This document shows, piece after piece, positions 23,830-37,666 of a DNA stretch of 64,000 nucleotides. This stretch comes from Torpedo marmorata (lineage: Eukaryota). Position numbers and translations under genes: made by a program. The stretch is taken from assembly GCA_977017645.1 (NCBI GenBank), contig OZ360219.1, positions 48,794,001 to 48,858,000 on the forward strand, read 5' to 3'. Every line of letters starts with the position of its first letter. Within the stretch, counting starts at the first letter, position 1. The notes under the pieces are model-generated. The model was not told where the DNA came from. It was given only the letters and a program-made list of their open reading frames with translations, and made no database searches.

Positions 23830-24874
23830 TCCCTCTGTGCTGGTCAAGAAGCTACAAACTCTAGGCCTCTGTACCCTCCTCTGCAACTGGGTCCTTGACT
23901 TTCTCATCGGAAGACCACAGTCAGTATGAATTGGAAACAACGTCTCCTCCTCACTGATTTTCAACACAAGCGCACCCCAAGGATGCGTGCTTAGTCCACT
24001 GCTCTACTCGTTATACACCCATGACTGTGTGGCCAGACACAATTCCAATGCCATCTACAAGTTTGCCGATGACACCACAGTTGTCGGCAGAATCACAAAC
24101 GGCAATGAGGAAGCGTACAGGAGGGAGATAGATCAGCTCGTTGAATGGTGTAATGGCAACAACCTTGAGCTCAACGTTAGCAAAACCAAGGAGATGATTG
24201 TGAACACGACCCAGTCCTCATCGAGGGTTCAGTAGGGGAGAGGGTCAAGAACTTCAAATTCCTGGGTGTCAACATCTCCGAGGATCTGTCCTGGAGCATC
24301 CACATTGATGCAATCACAAAGAAGGCTTGTCAGCGGCTATACTTTGTGAGGTGTCTGCGGAGATTCGGTATGTCACCAAAGACTTTCGTAAACTTCTACA
24401 GGTGTACCGTGGAGAGCATTCTGGCTGGTTGCATCACTGCCTGGTATGGAGGCGCCAACTCCCAGGACAAGAGTAAACTCCAGAGGGTTGTTAACTCGGC
24501 CTGTGCCATCACAGGCACCAAACTTCACTCCATCGAGGACATCTACATGAGGCGGTGTCTTAAAAAAGCAGCCTCTATCCTCAAAGACCCCCACCACCCA
24601 GGCCATGCCCTCTTCACTCTGCTTCCATCGGGAAAAAGGTACAGGAGCCTAAAGACGAGCACTCAACGGCACAAGGACAGCTTCTTCCCCGCTGCCATCA
24701 GATTCCTGAATAATCAATGAACCAAAGACACTGCCTTACTTTTCGTGCACTATTGTTTATAATTTTTTATAGTAATGTCGTTAGATGGTTAATATGAATG
24801 TTAATTGCACTATGATGCTGCCGCAAAACACCGAATTTCATGACTTGTTCATGACAATAAATTCTGATTCTGAT
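23830..24874 (+). mobile_element. Rex1/Babar LINE, 5'-truncated, inverted relative to 22416-23560
   Basis: [26 protein letters not shown] and [25 protein letters not shown]; tail aataaattctgattctgat. Confidence 0.92.
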
Positions 24875-25164
24875 TTAAGTTTTTGTGCTAAATCTATGCA
24901 GCAGTCTGGTCTCAGACTGTTTTGGATCTCCCTACCATTAAGCTAACACCTCACCAAGGAGAGTATGTAGCAGTTGGCGTGTAATGATTTAATTTTTGAT
25001 TTGGTAGTCTTTTATTTTGCATCAAGCTCTTTAAGATAAAGTTACAGTGAAGGTTGTGATACTGCTGGATGACAAATACCTCAGTGAAGCTGCAGAATTG
25101 CTACATTGCATTTATTAGCATCTTGTCATTTCAGCACTATAACAAGAGAGAGGGAACTTTTTTT

Positions 25165-25395
25165 TAGACATACAGCGCAGTAACAGGCCTTTTCGGCCCA
25201 CGAGTCCGTGCTGCCCAAATACCTCAATTAACCTACAATCCCTGTATGTTTTAAAGGGTGGGAAGGAAACCGGAGCAGCTGGAGGAAACTCACGCAGACA
25301 CAGGGAAAATGTACAAATTCCTTACAGACAGAGTCGGATTCGAAAGTGGGTCGCTGGCACTGTAACAGTGTTGCGCTGACCGCTACGCCAACTGT
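25165..25395 (-). mobile_element. V-SINE-like SINE
   Basis: ggaaaccggagcagctggaggaaactcacgcagacacaggg...ccttacagacag...ggattcgaa. Confidence 0.8.
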
Positions 25396-25890
25396 GAGAA
25401 TTATTTAGCAAGTGTTCTATAGTTATTGCTAAATTTTTAATCTGCGCCAAATTTAGCTGGCAGAGTGACTACATTTTGAAGTACAGCAAATATGCTTTTG
25501 GCACATTGTGGGTCAATTGAAACTGGGCTATGTCATCCTCAAAGGGTTTTTAATTGCTCCAAACTAAAGATTTGCACCTCTCACCAATATGGAATTGTGG
25601 TTAATTTCGTTCAAGTTGTTGAACTGATATCCAACTTGATCTGGAACCAGGTACAAATCTATCAATGCCAGCTGAGAATTTACATTCAAGTAATTAGATA
25701 AATTGAGAATGAAAAGGTAGTCTACAAAGCAAAAGGCGTTTGTAAATGTCATCTTATCTACTGATGTCTTCAGGGAAGGAGATCTTCTCTCCATGTCCAG
25801 CCTAACCTCTTTGTTACTTGTGATTTAAGATTCATCAATGTAGGTGACTCACGACTGCCTTCTGAAATGGCTTGGCAAACCACTGAGAGG

Positions 25891-26699
25891 CACTGGCGTC
25901 ACTAGGGGGGTGCGGACCGTACCAGGTGACACCATCAGAGGGGGTGACACCAAAATGACTGTCTATAAAATTTTTGTGCAGTGTTTCAGCAGAAATTTAT
26001 TATTTTTTATAAAAATATCCCTGTAGTTAGTTATAACAACAAAAACATTTTTCATAAGCCCAGCTTACATGTATCAATATACCTACAAGGCTAAAACTCT
26101 ATGCTAATTTACTTTTTGAACCTTCTAAGGTCAGAGCTGTCATTTTTACCCAATTACAATGACGCTTCGAATCACGTGGTTTTGTCTGCACACGCTACAA
26201 GCACCCACTGTTGTTTTCGTTGCTGCTGGTGTTTTTATAGTTGCTGCTTTTGTCAAATTTTCTGGTGTTTTAGCTACAATATTGTGGTAATTAGTAATGT
26301 ATCTCATGTAACAATAAAGTTTAACGTTAAAATCAACATAATTTTGATGTACCGGTAGTTCTTAAACATTTTTATTTCGAATTCTATTGTTTTCTTACCG
26401 AATTTTCACTTTAACCACATGAAACTATGTAAATATAAATATATTTAGGCTGTGCATATGATATTGTAATTTAAAGGTGTAATTTTAATTTTGCTAGTTG
26501 TTTATCTCACTACTATTGCCATTACATTCAGTGATATACGGTAATTACGATTTACGAGTAACATTAGTACAAAAAACATTACTAAGGATTCTGTATGGTC
26601 TGGTACGGGAGGAGGTCCATGGGGTGGGGGGTGGGGGGGGTGGTGGGTTGAGACCATGAGTTACCGCACTGGGTGACACCAACCCTGGTGACACCACTG
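25891..26699. mobile_element. hAT (Tip100-like) MITE
   Basis: TIRs cactggcgtcactaggg / ccctggtgacaccactg; subterminal ggtgacacc repeats; 8-bp TSD ctgagagg / atgagagg (7/8). Confidence 0.85.
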
Positions 26700-27571
26700 A
26701 TGAGAGGGCAATTAGGCAATTACAGGCCCTTGTCTGAATCAGCTCTACAACACGATTAAATAAACAGAACACAGTACAGTCCAGCACAGGAACAGTACAG
26801 CACATGGCCATTTGGCCCTTAATGTCTGCGCGGAACCGATGCCAAAATAAAACTAAAACAAAATAGATTAGTAAAATGAAGAAAAATCCAACACAAATCT
26901 TGGGGGGTTGTGAAATTAAAATATATTTCTACTAAAAAAAAACTACATGAAGGGGGTGAGACATTTAGATTTTCTGGTTGCTTGAGACTTGCTCTTACAA
27001 TGCCTAACTAATACATCTGCATTAAGAATAAACAGTTTAAAAGACAAAAATACTATACTGTACTTACACTGAACAAACTTCACTTGCATGAATATATAAA
27101 CCTTGAAGTATTTTACTTTATTTTCAGTCACATTCTTTGAAAACATTTAACCGTTCCTCCCCCTCCATGGAGCTGCACGAAAGATGAACAATAACGTTAT
27201 AGATAATTAACCCCCCTCCCCCAAGTTTACAGATAAAGCTTCTGACCGGGGCGACTCTTACTAAGCAGGGATAAGGAGACACTTTAAGAGAGTCACCCCA
27301 ACGGCGAGCGGCATCAACCAGCTCTTCATGCTGGTTGACGCCATTTTATTCAAAAACAACCTTATTCAAACTATAAGCAAATCATGACCAAGGCACTCCG
27401 CTGGTTGAATATTTGCTCCCACCTTCACCAAAGTAATATGTGTAACTTCAAAGAATATTAACTTTAACAATTTTAAACTTATGTACTTTAACCTATTATT
27501 TTATTCTTATTTATTTTAATTTTAAAAATCATTTTCCTTGATTTTTTTTTGCCGGTTGCTTGAGGCTGCTG

Positions 27572-27726
27572 NNNNNNNNNNNNNNNNNNNNNNNNNNNNN
27601 NNNNNNNNNNNNNNNNNNNNNNNNNNNNNNNNNNNNNNNNNNNNNNNNNNNNNNNNNNNNNNNNNNNNNNNNNNNNNNNNNNNNNNNNNNNNNNNNNNNN
27701 NNNNNNNNNNNNNNNNNNNNNNNNNN
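27572..27726. other. Assembly gap (155 N)
   Basis: Run of N. Confidence 1.
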
Positions 27727-28558
27727 TAATATTAATATTTAAAGTTAAGTTATAGAAATATATATATTGTTAGTAAGGTTAGTTGTGGGCTGGTACAGGG
27801 TCACACACAGGTCACAGCACATTTGTAGAAAAAAACCATTACTAAGAGAAAGAATGTCAGTTTGGAGACGCCGCGTCTAAAAAGGCAAAGCCATAATGAA
27901 ACAGAAGTCGATTTAAGTGATTTCAGGACAATGTGTGGTTCTTAAAAGCATTATGCTAGCAGCTGTTGCAAACTCAAGTGCCATTTGAGTGATGTGTGCC
28001 AGACTTTCCGGAGTCATAAACACTTAAACAGAGATGAGGTCAGAAAGGCAAGAGGCTTTGCAGAAATGAAACTGTGCTAATGTCACGTCACATGATGTCA
28101 GAGAAATATATACTGAAAGCAGAGAGACATTTTTAAAAAGAAACTCTGAAAAACTGAAGAAATTTGACTTTCTGGAAAGACAGAATTTGAAGCAGTGATC
28201 TCTGACATAGAGAGAGGTGCTGTTTTGTGTATTATCCTTACCATAGGAGATACACCATATAAGTGGCTTTTAAAATACGTAAGACCGCTTCTGACTGCCT
28301 CTTTAAGAAAGAGGACAGCCTTGTATGTTACTTTCAATTAAGAAAGAAATCATCGTGGAAAACAGACTCCAGAACTCTTAGGCAAGATAAGAGGGAGTTT
28401 GTGAAATCACTTGCATGAAGGAAAAAATATATCTGAAAGACAACTCATCAAAAGACTTGTGAGTTTGAAAGAAAACGGATGCTTCACTTCTGATTTATAA
28501 TGACTTCTGAAACAATTTAAAGGGATCCTGAAGTTCAACAAAAGAGGTTTGAAACTGG

Positions 28559-28587
28559 AGTGTGTGTGTGTGAGTGTGTGTGTGTGT
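28559..28587. repeat. (TG)n microsatellite
   Basis: gtgtgtgtgtgtgagtgtgtgtgtgtgt. Confidence 0.9.
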
Positions 28588-28654
28588 ATTCATTTGCTAT
28601 TTTTGTGGCATTAAGACATTGTTTGTGGTGTCCCCTGACTAATTCAGCCCAAAG

Positions 28655-30477
28655 CATTACGACCATAATGCAACGGTGCACATCTTTTACATCATTACGA
28701 CCATAATGCAACGGTGCACATCTTTTACATCATTACGACCATAATGCAACGGTGCACATCTTTTACATCATTACGACCATAATGCAACGGTGCACATCTT
28801 TTACATCATTACGACCATAATGCAACGGTGCACATCTTTTACATCATTATGACCATAATGCAACGGTGCACATCTTTTACATCATTACGACCATAATGCA
28901 ACGGTGCACATCTTTTACATCATTACGACCATAATGCAACGGTGCACATCTTTTACATCATTACGACCATAATGCAACGGTGCACATCTTTTACATCATT
29001 ACGACCATAATGCAACGGTGCACATCTTTTACATCATTACGACCATAATGCAACGGTGCACATCTTTTACATCATTACGACCATAATGCAACGGTGCACA
29101 TCTTTTACATCATTACGACCATAATACAACGGTGCACATCTTTTACATCATTACGACCCATAATGCAACGGTGCACATCTTTTACATCATTACGACCATA
29201 ATACAACGGTGCACATCTTTTACATCATTACGACCATAATGCAACGGTGCACATCTTTTACATCATTACGACCATAATGCAACGGTGCACATCTTTTACA
29301 TCATTACGACCATAATGCAACGGTGCACATCTTTTACATCATTACGACCATAATGCAACGGTGCACATCTTTTACATCATTACGACCATAATACAACGGT
29401 GCACATCTTTTACATCATTACGACCATAATGCAACGGTGCACATCTTTTACATCATTACGACCATAATGCAACGGTGCACATCTTTTACATCATTACGAC
29501 CATAATGCAACGGTGCACATCTTTTACATCATTACGACCATAATGCAACGGTGCACATCTTTTACATCATTACGACCATAATGCAACGGTGCACATCTTT
29601 TACATCATTATGACCATAATGCAACGGTGCACATCTTTTACATCATTACGACCATAATGCAACGGTGCACATCTTTTACATCATTACGACCATAATGCAA
29701 CGGTGCACATCTTTTACATCATTACGACCATAATGCAACGGTGCACATCTTTTACATCATTACGACCATAATGCAACGGTGCACATCTTTTACATCATTA
29801 CGACCATAATGCAACGGTGCACATCTTTTACATCATTATGACCATAATGCAACGGTGCACATCTTTTACATCATTACGACCATAATGCAACGGTGCACAT
29901 CTTTTACATCATTACGACCATAATGCAACGGTGCACATCTTTTACATCATTACGACCATAATGCAACGGTGCACATCTTTTACATCATTACGACCATAAT
30001 GCAACGGTGCACATCTTTTACATCATTACGACCATAATGCAACGGTGCACATCTTTTACATCATTACGACCATAATGCAACGGTGCACATCTTTTACATC
30101 ATTACGACCATAATGCAACGGTGCACATCTTTTACATCATTATGACCATAATGCAACGGTGCACATCTTTTACATCATTATGACCATAATACAACGGTGC
30201 ACATCTTTTACATCATTACGACCCATAATGCAACGGTGCACATCTTTTACATCATTACGACCATAATACAACGGTGCACATCTTTTACATCATTATGACC
30301 ATAATACAACGGTGCACATCTTTTACATCATTACGACCCATAATGCAACGGTGCACATCTTTTACATCATTATGACCATAATACAACGGTGCACATCTTT
30401 TACATCATTATGACCATAATACAACGGTGCACATCTTTTACATCATTATGACCATAATACAACGGTGCACATCTTTT
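28655..30477. repeat. 38-bp minisatellite, about 48 near-identical copies
   Basis: Unit CATTACGACCATAATGCAACGGTGCACATCTTTTACAT, head-to-tail with no spacers. Recurrent variants: ACG>ATG, ATGC>ATAC and +C. Confidence 0.98.
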
Positions 30478-30899
30478 TATGGCAATGCTTCCACATTAGG
30501 GAACTTGTGTCAATCTTGTCACTTCATCAGTGTCTCGCATGTACCTGTCAACACTTATCCAGGAAACAAACACACGGAGCTACAGCCCTCCAGAGGAAAC
30601 ATTCCGTTAAGACACAACACTGATTAGGGAAGTAATAGCTGCCATAGATGAGAAATAGGAGGGAACAAGCCCATCATTTTATCCACATAACCTGGAAGTC
30701 CAAGTGAAATATGATCCATATCAGAAGAAAGGCATAAAGTGCAGCTTGGCAGACTTCAGGGTCATATATAGTTTGAGATGGTAGTAGGTGGTTACTGAGC
30801 TGTTCTGCAAGAGTGTCCCTTCGGAAGCATGGAGCATTGTTTGGAGAAAATAATTACCATGGCCTCAAAAGGTATATTGAGGCAGGAGCTCTGGCACTT

Positions 30900-31400
30900 T
30901 AATTAGAACAGAACATTACAGCACAGTACAGGCCTTTCAGTCCTAGATGTTGTGCTGATCTATGTAAACCTACTCCACAACAATCTAATTTTTTCTGACC
31001 TTTCACCCATAACCCTCTATTTTTCTTGCATACATGTGTCTATCTAAGAGTCTTTTAAACGTCCCTATTGTACCAGCCTCCACTATTACCTCTGGAAATG
31101 CATTCCAGGCACCCACCACTCTCCGTGTAAAAAAACTTACCTTACTTCTTCCCTAAACTATCCTCCACTTACCTTAAACTGATGTCCTCTGGTACATGCT
31201 AAGTCACCCCAGGAAAAAGGTGCTGGCCGTCCAACCTATCTAAGCCCCTCATAATCTTACATACCTCTATTAAGTCACCTTCGTTCACTCCAAAGAGAAA
31301 AGCTCGAGTTCTGGCAATCTTGCTACATAAGGCAGGTTCTCTAATCCAGGCAACATCCTGGTAAATCGCCTCTGCACCCTCTCTAAAGCTTCCACATCTA
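30900..31400 (-). mobile_element. CR1 LINE 3' end (degraded)
   Basis: acagcacagtacaggccttt...aatccaggcaacatcctggtaaatc..ctctgcaccctctc is the reverse complement of a CR1 ORF2 end plus 3' UTR. Confidence 0.8.
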
Positions 31401-33549
31401 ATTTTCTCTTAGAATATCCTTCCTTCATTTACAATGCTCAGACATTGTTCAGGCTGCTAAAATTTCATCCACTGTATTTTTCAGGATAAAGCTGCCAGGA
31501 ATAATAGGCTGGTGAATCAGGCAGGAGGAGAGTCCTCTTGGACTCAAAGCCTCACCAGGTTGAAGTATGAGATGCTCCACCTCATGGGCAACAGCGATCC
31601 AAGCCTAGATCAAGAGTACAGCCCAAGAAAAATTCAATCTCTGTGATAAGTACATGTCTTATGTCCCCATATTTAGTGGAATTGATTTATGTAAAAACAA
31701 TGGGCTGACTCCTGAGACAATGCAGAATCCCCCGAGCAGAAGAGAGCTATTATCTGTGACAAAGTTGGAAAGTGTAACATGGATCCTATGGATGAGATGG
31801 TGGACATGCATTGTGGGTCACAGCATTTCCATGGTTCCTTTACAGCCTGATCTCCTGACGGTTCCAATGACATTAGAGAGTATGTGCTATCCTCCTTCAA
31901 CATTTCTCTTCCAGCCATGGCTCTTGTATCTTGTGGACGCAACAGAACTAGCTATCCAGACTATGGCCATGCATGCCAGCTTGCAGCAGGTGAAAGGTGG
32001 TCCAGGGAAAGAGCTTAAGATGGGCATCCCTCCTCGTGAAAGGCAGCAACTTTCCAGCTGCTTCGTATCATATTGTAAATATGATAGTCTGGATATTAAA
32101 TCTTATCATGCAGTACTTTCTATACTACAACAGTATGCAACATTGTTAAGTGACAAAATGACAGCTATGGTGCTCTTTTGTTGCATTGAATGCTGAGTTG
32201 AAAATGCGTCAGGTATTTGCAGTTTTTTTTCACCCTGATCTTGATCCTGTGATTGGTCTACTTTGGTGACATCATTGCACTCATACACCATGCAAGGTGA
32301 TTTCATCCAAGTCATTTTAGAATGTTGCACAGGAAATTGAAGGAGATGTTCTGGGAGAGACTGTTAATTGATGGTCAGCGACGCAGCGGTCATTCCCGGA
32401 ACATAAGGTAAATCCCTCCACTTACCTCTGCATCCTGGTCTAGGTGTGCACAGAACGGACCTCTCCAACCCCCACCATACTGCTGACACCCAAACAAACT
32501 CAGTTCCAAATTCAGATTATGTCCTTGGTCCAATAATTCGCCCGCCTCTCCACTCCTAGCACTGACCTCTGCCCCCAAGCATGAATGCCTGGCTCCAGAA
32601 TGCACCCCGATTCCCAATGACCACCTCTCCCGCCTGCCAGGTTACATCTCCAACTCTCAACCACCCCGTCTAGCCCCAACACTTGACCATATCTCCCTTC
32701 TCACTGTACTTGGTACAATGTGACAAATACACCTAAAGTAGACCTCTGTTGAAGTGATAAAAGATAACAATAAAGACCATGAGGTCAAGATCTACTATTG
32801 ACAGTCATTGCCTTATGATTACATGACCTGACGACACTCTGTGAAGATGAATAATTAAAAGTTTTCACTCTAGTTGAAGAGCATGCAAAATCATATGGAG
32901 GCAAGATGTGGTTTTCAGTGGTGTCAGTCTGTAGATGGCATAGAGGGATGCCACTCAGAATTGTTTCAGCCAAAGCAAGCTTTGCATTGATCCACAATCA
33001 TTTAATGAGTACTGCGGATGGTTTCCCCAGCCAAAACCAGATCCTTTTCAAATTCTTACACTAGCCACTTTTTAACATCATGATATGTGATACCTCATAT
33101 TTAATAATTCACTTTCACTTCCACCACAGTCTCATACATCATGTAGCTCAAAGCTCAGTTGTGTCTATGCACTAACAATGTCACACGTGGAGATGTGACA
33201 AAGGCAGGATGAACATTGATTTTCTCTTTTCTTGGATTGCCTGAGAGGCAGCTCAGTGGATCCAAATGGTCCTCCAAAGGGATGCCAGTAACGAGAATGG
33301 AAGAACATAGAGGGCACCTGTTTCCAGAGCTCTTCTCACAAGTAGTTTTCATCTGGTTTGAAAACTATTCAATGGACATATTGGATCTTTTACAGGATAA
33401 ATTTCTTGCCATTACTTTGTTTGTACCTGGCATTAACTCATACACCTTTTTAAAAGAAAGATAGATATCTGACCATAACAAAAAAAACTATCATAAATTA
33501 TACCCGATAGGATAGGTCCCTGGATTAAAGAAATCTAGCGATCCATTAG

Positions 33550-34312
33550 AATTCAGAACAGATTGAAAGTCTAGTGGCATGGTGCCAAGATAACCTCTCA
33601 CTCAATGTCAATAAGATGAAGGAAAAGATCACTGACTTCAGGAGAGGAGGCAGAGTCCATACCCCTGTCCACATTAAGGGCATTGAAATCAAAGGAGTAG
33701 ATATCTTCAAGTTCTTAGGGATAAATATCTCCAATGACCTGACCTGGGACAAGCACATCAATGCTTCTACTTTCTTGAAGACTAAGGATGTTTGTCATGT
33801 CCCTCAACAACTTCTACAGATGCATCATCGAAAGTATACTTATTGTATGCATCACAGCGTGGTGTGGGAGCTGTTATGTTCCAGATTGAAAATAACTGCA
33901 GAAGAGAGTGAATGCAGCTCAGAATATAATGAAAACTTTCCTCCCCTCCATGGACTCCATCTGCATCTCCCACTGCCTAGGAAAGGCAGCCAACATACTG
34001 AAGGACCCATTAAATCCTGGATACACTCTCTTTTCCCTCCTCCCATCGGGGAGAAGATTTAAGAATGTGAAGACATGCACCAACAGGCTTAAAAGACAGC
34101 TTCTTTCCCACAGCCACCGGGCCACTGAATGAATCCCATACAGTGCTCTCTTGCTGCACCTGCTTGGTGCTAATTGATCTTCCTTTTTATTGTAATCCTA
34201 TATTCTGCAAATTGTGCTCGAAACATGGTGGTATGTAATGCTAGAGATAACCTGTTGGCTGTTCACAGCAGAACCCTTCCCATTGTACTAGGTATTTTGT
34301 GATAAATAAACT
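33550..34312 (+). mobile_element. Older Rex1/Babar LINE fragment
   Basis: WCQDNLSLNVNKMKEKITDFRR, FKFLGINISNDLTW and LFSLLPSGRRF; frameshifted. Confidence 0.85.
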
Positions 34313-35005
34313 TAAAACATATACTGGTCCTTTGCTATTAAATCAGACAGCACTTAAGAGCCATTTAATAACTGAACTGATTTAAATGGTAAAGAATCCT
34401 TGATGCAATGTCTTATTTCTATGAGGCAATTGAGTTAATGTCATAAGTAGCTTCCTAACCTCAGTATCATTCCAGATGGGCACAGCTGATTGATATCCTG
34501 AGTGCTGCCAATAACAAACTTTTTCCTGGTGTACAGATCATCAATAATTCCCTTATGCAAGAGATATGACAAGGACCAGCTATGGAATGAGGCACCTGGA
34601 ATGATCTTGAAGCTGGAAGTGGAATATGACATCGTCGACCCTATGAGCAGACCAGTGCAAGCATATGTGCACAATTTGAGGTGTGGCCACAAAGTGTAAC
34701 ATGCCTGCATGAGTGCTTCAAAAAACACAGAGCACGTGGAGCCCATTGCTCCTTGAAGTGCCACAGGTAGCAAGGCCAGGAGCCCCAAAGAAAGAGATAC
34801 AGAAGTGAAACCTCATCACCTAATTTCTACTAGCAACCAGAAGAGAAACAATTCAGTGCATGTCCTTGCACAAAAATATATTGTGGCCAGAATATTGTGA
34901 CATTTCTGAATGAAAATGGTCCTAATTACATCCCACTCCAGCCATAATCAATTTTCATTTCCATTTCGTTTACAGGAAATACTTCAATCAGCTTTAAATT
35001 TTGCA

Positions 35006-36635
35006 ATTACGAAAGTTGTAGTGTTAGAGCTTTTGAGGCATATAAAGGTGGATAAGTCTCCGGGACCCGACGGGATCTTCCCCAGGACCTTGAGAGAAGT
35101 AAGTGAGGAAATAGCAGAGGCTCTGACGGTGATTTTCCAAATGTCATTAGAGATGGGGATAGTGCCGGAGGATTGGCGTATTGCGCATGTGGTTCCGTTA
35201 TTTAAAAAGGGTTCAAGGAGGAAGTCTGGCAATTATCGGCCTGTGAGTTTGACGTCTGTGGCGGGTAAATTAATGGAGAAAGTTCTTAGAGATAGTACTT
35301 ATAAATATCTGGATAGACAGGGTCTGATCAGGAACACTCAACACGGATTTGTGAGCGGGAGGTCCTGTTTGACCAATCTGATTGAATTTTTTGAAGAGGT
35401 GACTAGGAATGTGGATGAAGGTAGCGCAGTGAATGTTGTCTATATGGACTTCAGTAAGGCCTTCGATAAGGTTCCACATGGAAGGTTAGTTAGGAAGGTG
35501 CAGTCTTTAGGTATAAATTTTGAGATAGTCAAATGGATTGAACATTGGCTGGAAGGGAGAGGCCAGAGAGTGGTAGTGGATAATTGTCTGTCAGGTTGGA
35601 GGCCGGTGACCAGCGGTGTGCCTCAGGGATCTGTATTGGGCCCATTGTTGTTCGTTATATACATCAATGATCTAGATGATGGTGTGGTGAACTGGATTAG
35701 TAAATATGCAGATGATACTAAGATAGGTGGAATAGTGGATAATGAAGAAGGTTTTCAAGGATTGCAGAGGGATTTGGGCTGCTTAGAAAAGTGGGCTGAA
35801 AAATGGCAGATGGAGTTTAATGCTGATAAGTGTGAGGTGCTTCATTTTGGTAAGAAGAATCAGAACAGGACATACGTAGTAAATGGGAGAGCATTGATGA
35901 ATACAGAAGAGCAGAAAGATTTAGGAATAACGGTGCATCGTTCCCTGAAGGTAGAAACTCATGTGAATAGGGTGGTGAAGAAGGCTTTTAGTATGCTGGC
36001 CTTTATCAATCATTGCATAGAATATAGGAGTTGGGAAGTGATGTTGAGATTATATAAGGCGTTGGTGCGGCCTAATTTAGAGTTCTGTGTGCAGTTCTGG
36101 TCGCCAAATTATAGGAAGGATATCAACAAAGTGGAGAGAGTGCAGAGAAGATTTACCAGAATGTTACCTGGGTTTAAGCATCTAGAGTACAAGGAGAGAT
36201 TGAGCAAACTGGGTCTTTATTCTTTGGAGCGTAGAAGGTTGAGAGGGGATTTGATAGAGGTATTTAAGATTATGAAAGGGATAGACAGAGTGGATGTGGA
36301 TAGACTATTTCCGTTAAGAGTAGGAGAGATTGAAACAAGAGGACATGAGTTAAGAGTTAAGGGGCAGAGGTTTAGAAGTAACATGAGGGGGAACTTCTTT
36401 ACTCAGAGAGTGGTAGCGGTGTGGAATGAGCTTCCGGGAGAAGTAGTGGCGGCAGAGTCAATTTTATTATTTAAGGAAAAGTTGGACAGGTCTATGGATG
36501 AGAAGGAAGTGGAGGGTTATGGGCGGGGTGCAGGTTGGTGGGACTAGAGAGGAGTGTTTGGTTCGGTGCGGACTAGAAGGGCCAAATGGCCTGTTTCCGT
36601 GCTGTAATTGTTATGTTATGTTATATGTTATGTTA
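35006..36635 (+). mobile_element. Young CR1 LINE, 5'-truncated, with an uninterrupted RT ORF
   Basis: ORF 34910-36547 contains KSPGPDG, NYRPVSLTS, QHGF, DFSKAFDKVPH, GVPQGSVLGP, YADD and LYSLERRRLRGDLIE; tail (TTATG)n. The first ~32 codons are flanking DNA. Confidence 0.97.
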
Positions 36636-37079
36636 ATTAGACGTTCATTAAACTTATTCAAATGTACCCTTTCAATTGTTAGAACTGATATTAGTCTTAA
36701 ATTAATGAAATGTATATCCTATGCGAGTAATGAGAAATTGTGAAAAAAAAAACCAATTACATACAATCCTCATTTGTATACAGAAGGTGCCAAGGGAAAC
36801 AAAATAACCTAAAAGTCTGAGATTGGACTCAACCAACCTGTGCAAAAGGTTGCTGAAATGTTGAAAAAAACTAACAAAGAATGCAGGACTTCTTCAGACC
36901 GTTGAATAGGAATTAGATGACGCAAACAGGTGTGAATTTCCAAAATAAGTTTTGAATTATTCTTCTATTTTCCAAGAAATTGTAAGTCAGTAATGCTACT
37001 GACAATTCAGTTCTTTTTTTACAGAGCTATATGGACATGAGAGTTACTAATGAAACTGACATTTAGTTATGAGGCAAAC

Positions 37080-37272
37080 ATGATTAATTATCTGGAACCT
37101 CTGGGGATTGGTAGATGCTGGATAAGTAAATTTTCCGGTTGCTTGAGATTGCGTGTTGTATGGATTGGCGAACTAACGGCGAGGCGCGCCAATTTTAAAC
37201 TTCTGTATTTTTTACCTATTTCTTTTCCAATTTTTTTGCCAGTTGCTTGGGGTTGCTGGTTGCTTGAATTCT
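37080..37272. mobile_element. Tc1/mariner-type MITE fragment
   Basis: Ends ggataacaggggttttactg-TA. Repeated ggttgcttga motif is shared with 27540-27571, next to the gap. Confidence 0.5.
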
Positions 37273-37354
37273 GGATAACAGGGGTTTTACTGTAGTTAAA
37301 ACTAGATGTACACAAGATGTTAAAATTTTAAATGTTATTTCAAATCAAAGCCTC

Positions 37355-37598
37355 TGTAGCGTGATCAATGACCACTCGCAGACACGAAGAAAGTGATCAA
37401 AGGCTTTATTGATCAGAAAGTTCGAGCATGCCTCTACATGCTGCTGGCTCACTTCCAAGGCAGATATAGGGAAGGAGTCTAAGGCTCTCAGCCTTTATTA
37501 GGGGATGTAATGGGGAGGGGCTACAGGTTAGCCTGGTGAGCCAGTGAGGACATGTCCGGACATTCCCGGACATACCTGCAGTACCGTGTTCCACCACA
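37355..37598 (-). repeat. 3' LTR (244 bp)
   Basis: Direct repeat of 41625-41858, preceded on the minus strand by the polypurine tract aaaaaaggaggggtgaa. Confidence 0.95.
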
Positions 37599-37666
37599 TT
37601 CACCCCTCCTTTTTTTAATAAAGTCTGGCGGGGTGAAGTGGGGCAATGTCCATACAGTTCATAGTC

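Noticed and set aside
27538-27742. ORFs containing X runs
   Set aside because: Artefacts of the N gap.
28655-30477. CRISPR array
   Set aside because: The 38-bp units are contiguous with no unique spacers, there are no cas genes, and the context is a vertebrate intron.
31654-32196. 180-aa plus-strand ORF
   Set aside because: No recognisable motif, antisense to the host gene and no supporting exon structure; likely chance or decayed repeat.
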